Shown: piece after piece, positions 51,201-62,381 of the stretch
Position numbering within the stretch: position 1 is the first letter of the stretch
Layout: each line of letters begins with the position of its first letter
Program-made: the position numbers and the translations under genes
DNA from: Oculina patagonica
Lineage: Eukaryota
DNA: 64,000 nucleotides
NCBI RefSeq assembly: GCF_052425735.1
Contig: NC_135763.1
Coordinates: 37,448,001-37,512,000, forward strand
Direction of reading: 5' to 3'
Notes under the pieces: model-generated
Told to the model about the DNA's origin: nothing
Seen by the model: the letters and a program-made list of their open reading frames with translations, nothing else
The model's database searches: none

Positions 51201-52933
51201 GAATTTGGAAATGTTGGTTTTACAGGAGAAAGGAAACTGGAGTACCCTGAGAAGAACCCTTAAAGGAAGGCAAGAATCGACAACAAACTCAACCCCCTTT
51301 AATGGCACCAGACTGGAATCAAACCTGAGCCACATTGGTGGGAGGTGAGCACTCTCGCCACTGCACCATCCCCACTCCCCAAGGCAGAGATGTGGATGGG
51401 TTGAGAGGAAAACTAAAGTATGGTGCAAACTAAACTCCAGTTAATTATTAATTTAAATTCAGTTTCTACCCTACCTTTCCTCTCAACCCATCTACCCCTC
51501 TGCTTTTAAATAAATTGACTGTAAAAACTGAAATAATTAAAAAAAAATTCTAAAATTTCAACCAATGAAAAATTGACACCTCACCCATTCATATTTATGT
51601 CTTGAACATAATAAATTCATAAAGAAATAAAAACTCAGTTTTTGTTGTCTTTTTGTGAGAGGCATGAAGGCAAATTGCATTCTGGATTATTCAGTGTTCT
51701 TGGGTGCAGTACCTCTCTCCTGGGAAGGGGCACCCTGCGAGCAGAGCCTCTTTTTACTTCCCTGCGGTTGAGATTTGAGAAGCAGAAAGAAGCTCTGCTT
51801 AAATCGTGTCATTTCTTTGAAGTCACCGCAGCCCCAAAGTTTGGGCTGGTCAGCCCAGATTAAACTGGTTTTTGTTGCGCAGGCATTATTTTTTTGGAAA
51901 AACTGATGGCCAACACGGAACCCACAGTATGCTCTCGAGAGCACTTGAGCTGACGATTGCTCTCGCCATCTACTACCGTTTGTGTGCGCGTGCAGCTTCT
52001 GGATCATTGAAGATCTGTTCTTTTTTTGCAAACCAAGAAGAAATTTCACGATTAAAATCACACATCTCTACCATAAAGTCACTAATACGACCTCAAGCAG
52101 TGCTTGACGTGTTTTTGTTCAAGGAAAGCAGATGCTTTTTGAAGAAAAGAACTTGTAAAACAAACACTTTGTTCACACTGTCGTGTACGATCCGACACGC
52201 CATTCTGTGCGCACATGCTAAGATTAAGTGGTCCTCGCGCAAGCTCAACAAAGATTTGACACGATTCTTGCAGAGCCCTTTCTTCTCAAGTATATCAGTG
52301 GAAAAGCTGGAAAGGGCTCTGCTTGCAGGGTGGGGAAGGGGGGAGGGTACTTGGAAAGTTTGGGTGGGAACCTGAGGGTGGGGGTGCTTTGCCAACCCAT
52401 CCACGTACCCACAAACCTTTTCTTTTCAGTGCTTCAAAAATATTGAATTTATCAGACTTAATTTCTTGGCTGTACTTATAGAAGCTTAATTCTTAAACAC
52501 CAAAAAAGTGGTGACCTCATTCGCTCAAAAAGGGGGTACTGTTAGCATTTATTTTAGAAGTTTAGCCGGCCCTTTTTGGTGGTGATTTAGAATTTACCAA
52601 AGCTTTAATAATTAAAGCGGAAATATTTCGTGTTAAAAGGCGTGTTAATTTTACGACTTAAAAAAACTTGTCTACAACCTTTGAAAACTTTTTAGCACAT
52701 CTATCGCTCGGTAGAGCGTTGAGCAGTAAGCTCAAATTAATTTGTAAAGCCACTATCAAAATAGCTGATTCATTAAGTTCAGAATACCTTTTTCCACGAT
52801 CCCGACACAGCCATCTTTGTCACAAAAGCCAGGAGATGAACCTTCAGTTAAGTACCACAGTGAAACAAAAGACAACAGAATGAAACAAGCGCCCGCCGGG
52901 AAAATATTTTCCCCTGTGAGCAATCAACAACAT
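42252..52933 (-). CDS. ~1058-aa secretory-pathway fusion protein: signal peptide, JmjC/cupin 2OG-Fe(II) oxygenase, aldo-keto reductase, ShKT, 8-bladed PQQ-type beta-propeller
   Basis: Exons 52933-52788 (needs a 1-nt correction), 51015-50368, 49817-49669, 49190-49010, 48408-48327, 47499-47258, 46778-46539, 45551-45267, 44247-44140, 43742-42907, 42512-42252. All ten junctions are phase-compatible. JmjC: FHHDGLEN, GDMLYIPQYWWHIV. AKR: MPVMGFGT, IDTAQGY, LTKL, DLFLIH, LGVSNF, VIPRS. Confidence 0.8.
42686..42887. other. Assembly gap (N run) in the last intron of the fusion gene
   Basis: About 200 N characters. Confidence 0.99.
44140..44247 (-). other. ShKT domain exon (phase 1-1) of the fusion gene
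   Basis: CSDKHSNCQQWASSGECRSNPDWMLINCQESCGLC has six Cys in ShK spacing. Flanked by a taattag acceptor and gtgagt donor; too short for the ORF track. Confidence 0.9.
44514..44955. mobile_element. Harbinger-like MITE with cgatcg subrepeats, inserted in a degenerate ttcccgcgcttg minisatellite (44410-45155)
   Basis: ttaagcctggatctcatat ... atatgagaaccaggcttaa. Confidence 0.7.
45992..46350. mobile_element. TA-flanked MITE with CCGTATTT TIR
   Basis: TA|ccgtatttattcgattaagcgccc ... gggcgcttaatcgaataaatacgg|TA. Confidence 0.8.
48513..48919. mobile_element. MITE with long TGTTGCAGTTAATT TIR, copy 1
   Basis: Closely similar to 58559-58996 and in the same orientation. Confidence 0.75.
49303..49644. 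mobile_element. TA-flanked MITE with tataagccc subrepeats
   Basis: ccataaaattccggtcataag ... cttataaccggaattttacg. Confidence 0.65.
51150..51375 (-). mobile_element. tRNA-derived SINE with a V-domain-like body
   Basis: Minus strand reads ggtgcagtggcgagagtgctcacctcccaccaatgtgg...tgagtttgttg...gggtactccagtttcc. Confidence 0.6.
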
Positions 52934-53642
52934 GGCCGAGTGCAAGCGTGAAACCAAATGATTTCCCTCAAAGTTTTGAACGACAGTAGCTAAAATAAAG
53001 CGTTCACTATCTTAAAGACGCCTTGAAGTAAAGTAAGTTATAAATAGTCAGCTGATTCTCTGCGGCCATCTGGTCGATTTCCATCTCCGATCAAAGCAAA
53101 TTTCCATAAAAGCTTTCTCCCACTTTCCTTCGTGCGCATAACGGAAGTTGCGTGACAATGTAAAGAGAATCTACTCTTCTATCATCACATCGCTGCAACA
53201 GCTTTTCCTTTCAACTCAAGCTTGAACAAGAATGAATTCCGAATTCTGCAAGGAACATACCGATTTCTCTAATCTTAAATATCGATAAAATTTAATCTCG
53301 CTGGCCCTTGGTATTTTTATTTTGGAATTGTTATAAATGCGTATAACTATTATTTTTTTTAGAATTGGTCACCAGTGGGGGCAGGTCGCTAAAACTTCCT
53401 GGTGGTCAGTTTTTCTGTCATCCTACGCTTGAAAATACATTAAGATGATTTAAGTTCATACTGTTGAAATCGTTCTCTTCCCTAAGAGTTTCTTTGGAAA
53501 CAAATTATGCATGAAGCGATAGCCTTTGTTTGTATTATCATATCAACAACTTCATTGTTGAGTAATCATAGGTTGATTAATTAACATATTCTCCAAACAT
53601 TTATAGCGCGCGCTGTTCGCGAACTTCTCAAACAAAACCAAC
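52934..53642. promoter_or_regulatory. Probable bidirectional promoter between the two secretory 2OG-oxygenase genes
   Basis: Divergent ATGs at 52933 (-) and 53643 (+), with no recognisable repeat between them. Confidence 0.5.
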
Positions 53643-56600
53643 ATGGCGCACGGAAGAGTGATGTGTCTGATAGTGCTTCTTTTCAGTGAGTTTTCTTCGT
53701 GCATCGCTGACAGTGCAGATCCGTCTGTGTGGGATGTTAAGGATAACACAAAGTTCGGTGTAGCTGAACCAAATCTAGAGGTAACTAGATGGTGTTGTGT
53801 GTTTTAGTGTGTTTGTTTTGCTTATTCGCGGGTTCTGATTTACACAAACAGGTAAAATTTTCAAGGACAGACAATACACTCTATGGGAGGGCATATATAT
53901 GAAATTTAGCGTCTTGTGTGCTGATCTTTGATGAACATAAGGCAAATTTTGATTCATGTTATTATATGGTCTTATATGAATTAAATCATTTATGCGGAAA
54001 TGGCATAAGCTTATGTGTAAACTTATCTGTATACAGGGATACAATCCTATAAAAAAACTGTTTAAGCCACAATTTTAAAACCTTATGAACTCGTTAAGAC
54101 TTAATACTGTCTTCATTTACCATTGATGTTTTTGAGCATACGTTCAGGTTAAGAGAAAAATTCTATGCATTTACGATTAAGTCCATTGTCGGGATTTTTT
54201 TTTCTTGAAAATTAAACAGGTTCAAAAAGATGAGCAAAAAATTCGCATTGCAAATAAACTTGTGAATCGTATAAATTATTTTATAAATCTTAAGTTTTAT
54301 CAGTTTGTCATCTCTATTGTTTCCTCAAATACAGCTGCTCAACTATTTTAGAATTATCATAATACTTAACAATCAGGCAAATTAGAAACTGTCAAACTGA
54401 ATTCACAATATATTTGCTCTCAAATTAAAAGTTTTACGAGAATATTATATTTCAGTTTACTTTAAAATGGATATTTACTAAGCTAAACAAAATTTATATT
54501 GTGTGGTTTTAGAACATTATGTTCCTACTCCCCCCCCCCCCACAGAAGGGATTGGAAATTCCTGGGGGTGGGAGGGGTCTCAAAGGCCAAGTTAGGAAAT
54601 GTATGAAGCTTGATTGGAATTATCAGAGGGGTGGGGGGGGGGGGGGTCTTAGAAAAAATCCCTTCCATGTGGCAGGTGTTGATAATTTTGGAACTACACA
54701 TTTTTAGTTTCAAGGTAGAAGCATGTGTATTCATTTGGTGGGATTTTTTTTATTAAAAACTAAGTGTTTAACCTAAAAATCACAATGAAATCGACTTCTT
54801 TTTTTATTATTATTTTTTTAGGATTCTGTGCTTGATGTTGACCTCACTTCACAAATCAGCTTCAGATACCAGACAAATGATGGCCGCAAAATTTTCGTCT
54901 TTGACAAGATTTTCAAACCAAGGCACCTCAGTATGTTCTCAGACTATTTAAATCTGGACTTGGGGTCGTGGCAGTTCAGGCTCTATGAACCATATGATGG
55001 TGGGGTTGAAAAGCCGACAGACAATATCCCATGGATAAATCCTGTAGATTGTGTAGAATTTTCTAGAACCCTAGTTGGAAAATCCATTCAAAAGGCAGTT
55101 ATGGATGCTGCTGGAACTGAAGATATTTACTATCCGTACAAAGTGAGAGGGAAAATTATGCGGCGAGGAGACTTCACACAACTGTTCACTGATGCTAACA
55201 GAACAGACGATGAGTATTCTGCTATGATGTTCTTGAATCCAAAGTGGAGAAAAAATGATTATGGTGAACTTTATTTGTAAGTTCCCTAGATTCTATCATT
55301 TTATAATTTAATAGTCAATTGTGGTGTGTATTGTTTAATTTGTAAGGGCCATTTTTTATGGTACAATTTTGTTAAGATTCGTCACATGCAACAAGCATAC
55401 AATGTATTACATGTCTATGAGATATTTTTTTTTTCATTTAAATCAAACCTACAAATTGTTTGGAAACATTTGCTGGGACAAAGTTGTAACAAAAATTTAT
55501 TAAACCTTTTTGTTAACAATGTTATTATGAAGGTTACGCTTTCGTCACTTGCATGTTATAATATAGTGGAACCCTGTTATTAATTAAGCCCTTGAGTGAT
55601 TTTTGTCCATTCAAAGGACCATTCAGGTGGAGGGGGACAGGAGGGTGCAGGAGCCCGGGAGGGAAGGGAGGGGGGAGGCAGGAGAATAGAGGGCAGGAAG
55701 TGGGATTCTTAAGTTGGCAGTGGAACCAGGAGAAATTGAAAAAAAAATGCAGCATTTTGTTATATTTTGCAAAAGAAATGGAACAAAGAGGAGAGAACCA
55801 CCACAGAAAGGGGCGGGAAGCGAGAGAAAAAAGTGTGAGAGGTTCAGACCCCTTGGAGATTTCTGTCCCCCTTTTAGTGGGCTTATTTTTGGGGGAGATG
55901 GGGGGCGGAAGGGGGAGTGGGGGTGGGAAATATCAGAATTTAATGGTAAATTTCTAAAACTCCTAAATATATTAGTTCTTGCTTTGAGTGGCTTAGAAGT
56001 GGAAGAAATATTTATATTTGGGATTAAGAAGGTGTATTTTTCAAGGGAAAAGGTTGGGTATTGCCAGGATTATGTGGATTACTGTAATTCATGTTTGTTG
56101 TTTATTCACGTTAATTCTTTTCCAGGTATGATGAGGACAATGAAATTGTTGCTGGAGCTGTTCCAAAGTTTGGTCGTGTAGTTGTTTGGCAGAGCTCCGT
56201 CGCGTACCTCCCAAGGCCACCAAGCATCGCTTTCAAGAAGGGGCAGCTGCTACTTCATGTACAATTCACAAAATCAAAGGAAAAAATGCTCCAAGACCAT
56301 GCGGAGATAGTGGCATCTAGAAACGAACGCAAAGCTGCATATGATGCAGGATTTATTGGAAGTGACAGGCCTGCCCCTGCCGACATTGATGTGGCAAAGC
56401 ATTTTGTTTCTGTGCATAAATCTTCACAAGGAAAGAAAATACTTGTGTTTGACGATCTTTTTGACAAGGAAGATTTGGATAAATTGCGTGCCTTCATATT
56501 CAAGCATGGTACATATTATTATGATGACAGTGATGAAGGTGATAACGATAGTGATAATGTTCAATGGATTGCAGGTTTTGAGATCAATGACTACATTCAA

Positions 56601-57672
56601 AGTAGGCTGTGGAACATTATGCAGCAGGTATGCGAGTCATTAATACCAAAACTAACCTTTTATTCTGAAGAGTGTTGAAAAACTGTAACTTGTCTTTAGA
56701 ATGTCAATACATTGTTAAGCTGGCACTGGTGACGAAAGTAAAGACACTGAATCTAACTTGAATTGCATATAGTATTACACAAAATATGATTTGGAGGCAG
56801 TTCGGCTGAGTGGTTAGAGCACTGCTCTTGAAATCCAAAGGTTACAGGTTCTGACCACTAGCTGACAGAGCTGCAAATAACAGTCAGTCATTGGACGTTT
56901 GCCGACGAAAATTTGCTAATGTCTGACAAAATCCCAAGTGTGGTCGGACATGATGTCAGGACAATTTTTTGATTGTAAATGCATGGTTCATCACAGCAAC
57001 GATGATTATTAAAATCTGTCAGACCACAATTTTGTTTTGTCCAACCAGTTTGGTGTCTAAGTAGGACATATGTCTTTCAAGTGACAAAAATTATTTGCAG
57101 CCCTGAGCTGGTATTGTTTCCATAGTCCCAAGTTTAACTCTTGGACTAGGATTGTAAATAGCCAACTAGTCTGCCTCCTGCCATTTTGAATCAAGTACAA
57201 TACCTGTTTTGTTTGTTTATATTGCCCCTGAAATGCCCCATTGGGGGAGTGGTCAATAAAGTTATATTATTAAATTTTTATTAACAGATAGCTCTCTTAC
57301 TGAAAATTGCTTTGCAGACTTTAAAACACATGACTGGGCGGGATAAGTGGTTTCCATATGACATCTCCTGTAACTTGATCAGAAGTGCTGACCACACACG
57401 TATTCACCAGGATTGTGAACCCCATGAGGATGAATGGACTTACCTCATATATCTAACACCAAACTGGACCAAGAATGACTATGGAGAAACTGCTTTCTAT
57501 GAGACAATGACTAACAACAATGAGATCATCACTGAGGTCCGGCCAAAGTATGGTCGAGCTGTAGTATTCCAAGGTAAGATCACATTACCCCACTATCAAT
57601 CAATTAAGACACAGGTTTGGGTGAAATATTGTTTAATGAGACAGGAACCCCAGGGGGGGGGGAGTTAATTTG

Positions 57673-57717
<45 letters not shown>

Positions 57718-60084
57718 AATACCAAAAAAAAAAAAAAAGGGCAAGATGATCGATCAATTATTTTTAATAACATTAATAACAAATTATTGTAGGGCTTGTG
57801 ACATAAGGAAGCCAACTGGCCACAGTTTAGTAGAAAATGCAGTCTGGTTTGAGCCCTGACAATGACCCCAGCCAGGACTCAAACTGGGACCGCTCAATCC
57901 CTATAGATAGGGAGACAAAAATGAGTGCTCTAACCATTAGACCACCCTGTCTCACTACCTAGATCAAGGAAAGCTGTCCATCCATCCAGCAGTCAACCTT
58001 CCCCTCTTTATCCTGAGCATTGTAAGAAGAATATGCATGGCTTGCACTAGGGTAGGAGCCCTATTCAAAGGTCTTTCTGGAAAAGAAAATGATATACAAG
58101 GAGAACAACCTGTAACAATATTGTAATAAAGCTTTTATCCAATGCTTTGACAAAGGCAGTTGAGTGAATGTCCATTAATAGCTCTTCTTTAAATAAATTT
58201 GTTCTTTCTTTTCCTGCCACAGGTATTATTCCTCATTCCGCCCGTCCACCCAGTACAAATCAATCACGTGCACGCCTCACCTTTGTTGCTAAAGTGTCTG
58301 TGAATGAGATGGTTGGTCGAGAAAAGGCGTTCAAAGAGGAAATGAGACACTTTCAGCCTTTAGTAATGTCAGAAAGTATGCCAGATTTGATGCATCGCAG
58401 TCAAGGTATGTGCTGAAAAAAGAGTAATCCTTTACCACCTAAGAATGTTGAAGTACAAGTTTGACATCTTTAAATGCAAAAATTTCCATTTGGGAAAAAA
58501 ATGGAAAGAAACAGTACCACATAAAATAACTGTTCAATAGCTTTCATTTGAATGGTTATGTTGCCAGTTAATTTTTGATCTCAGTTAATTTTTTATTTTA
58601 ACTAGTTAATTTTTTTTCTAACTAGTTTTTTTTTATTCTAGGTTAATAAGTAGAAAAAGTAGAACACCTCCCCTCCCTTGATATCTTATACCCCCCCCAT
58701 CCTTACTAACACTCCCCTACTATCTGCTGTTATCCTCCTCCCCTAAGTGATATCATTTATTTATTTTTATTTTTTACTAACCTGCACTGGATTTGAACTC
58801 TCAACCTCTGGATTTGCTGTCCAACCCCTTATCCACTGTGCCACGTAGGAAACGTTGGGTGAACCACTATTTTTTTCAAATATATGATACCCTAACCCTA
58901 ACCCCATTATTTAACTAGTTAAAAAAAATCAACTAGTTAGAAAAAACTAACTAGTTAAAATGAAAAATTAACTGAGATCAAAAATTAACTGCAACAGTTA
59001 CACACTAAGGTTCATTCACTTTAGATACGAGTTTAACTTGTAACACTTTGCACTTGTTTTAACTCTATCCCTGAAGGAAAAGCTTCATGCGACACAGTCT
59101 AACTCTTAGGTCACACTCTTGATCATCGTAGAGGGTAGCTAAATTGGGAAAAGAAGTTTTTTTCATTTCAAAAGCCTAGGCGTGGTTTCACGTGGTTTGG
59201 TACGCGGAAGCTAGTTCTCAGGACTCCCCTCTCACTAGGAGGTGTGAAGAAAAAATTCTGGGAACGAGTTTACGTACACACTTGCTCTTCAGCTTTTTAG
59301 ACATTTGGGCATATCTTGGTGTTGCGGAACTTATTGTTGGTTACCTTTTGTCAAAAGATGATCGCACTATCCACAACACCAAGAAACTCCAGAAAGTTTT
59401 ATTGCATCCTTTCTTTCAAAGTTCATTGTTGTGAAGTTATCAGCGATGTTGTGGGAATATTTCTCAGACTTTTGACATCAATAAAGAGGGTCCTGAAGGG
59501 GTAAATTGGAGGTTTTTTTTTTTGGAAATGGTTTGGGTAGGGGTAAGAAAAAAAAAGGGGAATAAAGAGAAATAGTATTAACGGAAAAGTGGTGCTGCAG
59601 AACGGAAAACGTTCAATGTAAGAACTTGGCACGATTTTACGGTCTTGCGAGCCTGGATAAGAAAGAGCTGGGTTTTTTTTTATTATTTTCTGTAATTTTC
59701 TTGATTTTCTATTGAAAGCGTTTTAATAACCAATTTTCTTTCCGCATTTATCATTTTCCTTATCAATCCACGTTTAAAATTTCAGACACGGACGAAAAAG
59801 AACCCGAGGCACAAGAAGAACAAACAGCAGACGGTGAGCATGAAGAAAGAGAATCCGAGCCGATGGATGAAGAGGAAGAGAACGAGGAAGAAGAGGATCC
59901 CAGAGAAGGCTTTACTGATGAGGAGGAGCCTGATCATCCTGTATTGAAAGAATTAAATCAAAAGCTAGAAGAAGTCAGGCAGAGTGGAAGCTTGGATCAA
60001 ATGAGAAATCTGCACAGCGAGCTTCATGCACGTCACGTGATGGCGAGACAGGAAGCTGTTAAACAAGTAGCGAATATGATTTAG
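53643..60084 (+). CDS. ~610-aa signal-peptide protein with two tandem prolyl-hydroxylase-like 2OG-Fe(II) oxygenase domains and an acidic C-terminal region
   Basis: Exons 53643-53780, 54822-55276, 56126-56627, 57318-57573, 58223-58405, 59786-60084 join in phase (1833 nt). N-terminus MAHGRVMCLIVLLFSEFSSCIA. Internal repeat: GRKIFVFD/GKKILVFD, DNIPWI/DNVQWI, W.KNDYGE twice, PKFGR/PKYGR. Domain 2 has IHQD, PHSARPP and RLT. Confidence 0.85.
56793..57260 (+). mobile_element. tRNA-derived SINE interrupted by a MITE (56866-57105)
   Basis: Head ggaggcagttcggctgagtggttagagc; the insert has TIR cagagctgcaaataa/ttatttgcagccctg flanked by agctga and agctgg. Confidence 0.6.
58559..58996. mobile_element. 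MITE with TGT...ACA termini and 4-bp TSD (GTTA), copy 2; Ginger2-like termini
   Basis: gtta|tgttgccagttaatttttgatctcag ... ctgagatcaaaaattaactgcaaca|gtta. Confidence 0.75.
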
Positions 60085-61075
60085 ATGTGAACACGAAATA
60101 AATAGCTGTAAGATGAATGAAATTAATTGTAAGAACAGTTGTAGAATGTATTTTAAGATGCAATCAAAGCTCTTTTTACAAAAGCTATACATATTTAACT
60201 TAAAAACAAGTCAAAAACGGACGAAAAAAATTCGGTCAATCCGTAAAACTAACTGATATTATGTAAACTCGACACAGTAAAACGGTTGAAAATATTTGTT
60301 CCGGCTGGTTTACATTGAATAAATGACTGAATCCACTTTTCGTAATGTGATTTGCCATGGCGACGTCCCAATCTTGCAGAACGAGCCAACCAACGCAAAC
60401 TTCCTGTTTTATTAACTAATCAGCACTGCGTGCTTTGGCTACACGTGTTTTCAGTTTTCCCGCGCTTGTTGTTGTAAAAATGTAAATGTTGTTACTTCTT
60501 TCAATTTATCCGAAAGAAGTCTGGGGCGAGACTTGTCTCGCAGTCGCATGTGGGACCTTTACTGGGAACATAATGGATTTTCGTCTTTTGTTATATTCAC
60601 AATAATGTAACGGTCCCACAAGCGACTGCGAGAATGAGACTCGCATCAGATTTCTTCTCAATGGGCCCTTTGCAGCAAACGGCCATTTGGCTGACTCGTC
60701 CCCAGTCGTTTCTTATGCGAAAATTGCAAGACGCGAAGAATGATGGGATTTGCTTCTTCCTTCCCATGATTCCCTCCTAGACTCACGGACTAAAAAAACA
60801 ATTGGGACGAGTCAGGTCCTCCCCACGTCAGGTCACGTGGTACAATTAACACCTTGCTGGAGGGCAAGCACCGCTGTGGGACTTCCATAACAAAGTGTCT
60901 TCATCCCGTCATGCTTGACTTTCCTTTGTTTTGAATGTTTGAATGTCTCAGAGCGTAGCTTTTGCTCCAGCATGGCAGATTTTGTACAATGTGATCGTAA
61001 GCTGCACAATAAAGGACCCATTCCGATGAAATGTACGGCTACATGCAGTTTAAAAGTTGCAACTGATCAACAAGA

Positions 61076-61596
61076 CAGGGTCTCAAAAGGGGGGTTCCTG
61101 GAGCCCCGGAGCCCTGAAATTTCTGCTTTGGAGCCCGGAGCCCGATCATTTTACTGACTGGAGCCCTGGTCTTTTTTGGCTGTGTAGCCCAAAGAAATTT
61201 TTCGCGGAGCCCAAAGCCCAGCGTTTTGAAATTTGATCATTTGCGATCCCAAATTGCATTTTTTCTTGTTTTATGACTGCATTTTGTTAAACTTTGTTAT
61301 TATTGACCTTAGTGATATTCAAGTTAAATATTCAATCCACTTTTAAATAGTTGGAGACATGATAACCGTCTTCTTGGGTTTAAAAAACTGGTCCGAATTG
61401 CGGACGTTTTATTTGCGGACTTGATTTAGCGTTGCAAAATAATTTTTAAATCTAAAGACTGTAGACCATAGTGGAGCCCGGAGCACGAATGCAGATGATA
61501 TGGAGCCCTGGAGCCCTGAAATTTTTGTCTTGGAGCCCTTGAGCCCTGCATTTTTTAGCCCAGAGCCCTGGAGCCCTAAACCCCTTTGAGACCCTG
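61076..61596. mobile_element. CAGGGTCTC-terminal MITE with ggagccc subrepeats, 6-bp TSD (ACAAGA)
   Basis: acaaga|cagggtctcaaaagggg ... cccctttgagaccctg|acaaga. Confidence 0.8.
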
Positions 61597-61953
61597 ACAA
61601 GATCTCGGGTAAGATACATGCACCGGGAAAAATGGTAACATAAGCTAAATCTCTGTCTTCTGTGGCTGGGTTACATTTGTTCTTTGGGAAGGCTTCTTGC
61701 TCGTTGAAGGAACACAGAAACACAAATAAAGAAATCTCTTGGGACTGCGGCAGCTTCTTATTCAAGGACAGCTAAACTATTGCATTTGTTTGGTAAGCAC
61801 CAAGAAATGACTATTTGGGATGCTTCGAGTTTTTCTCAAATCGTATTGACTGGTATAGGAAGAAAGAAGAAAAGACAAAAGGACACGATTCTTCTTTGCG
61901 TGCCTGGCCTGTAGTTGCGTTTCTTGTACTTCTTGATATCAGCTAAAAGAATA

Positions 61954-62128
61954 CAGTTGAACCCCGGTAACTCAAACTCTGAAGGGAAACGAAAAACAGT
62001 TCGAGATAGCGGGGTTTTCGAGTTAACCGAGTAAAAATGACTGAAAGTGGGTCCAAGGGGAATGGAAGTTAGTTCAAGTTAGCGGGGTTGTTCGAGTTAT
62101 CCGAGGTCGAGTTACCGGGGTTTTACTG
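61954..62128. mobile_element. TA-flanked MITE, same family as 1-357
   Basis: TA|cagttgaaccccggtaactc ... gagttaccggggttttactg|TA. Confidence 0.75.
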
Positions 62129-62381
62129 TAGTTTCCTCTGAGAACAAAAATAAGTCAAACGTGTAGATCATATAGCTTTAATACCAATCTGAAATGAAAT
62201 ACCGTATTTCCCCTAAAAAAATAAACATTGCTTTATTTTAAACAAATACTGACTATAAACGTCTTTTGCCTTTACGGAACACTCCCTTTATCAGGAATCA
62301 GAAAATTATTCATTCTCAATACAATCAGTTCTGAAAGAAGCCAATTTTTCAAACAGTCGTTTTATTTCCCACAGAACAATG

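Noticed and set aside
51642-52446. Overlapping ORFs up to 167 aa in intron 1 of the fusion gene
   Set aside because: No motifs, non-ATG starts, and repeat-like sequence.
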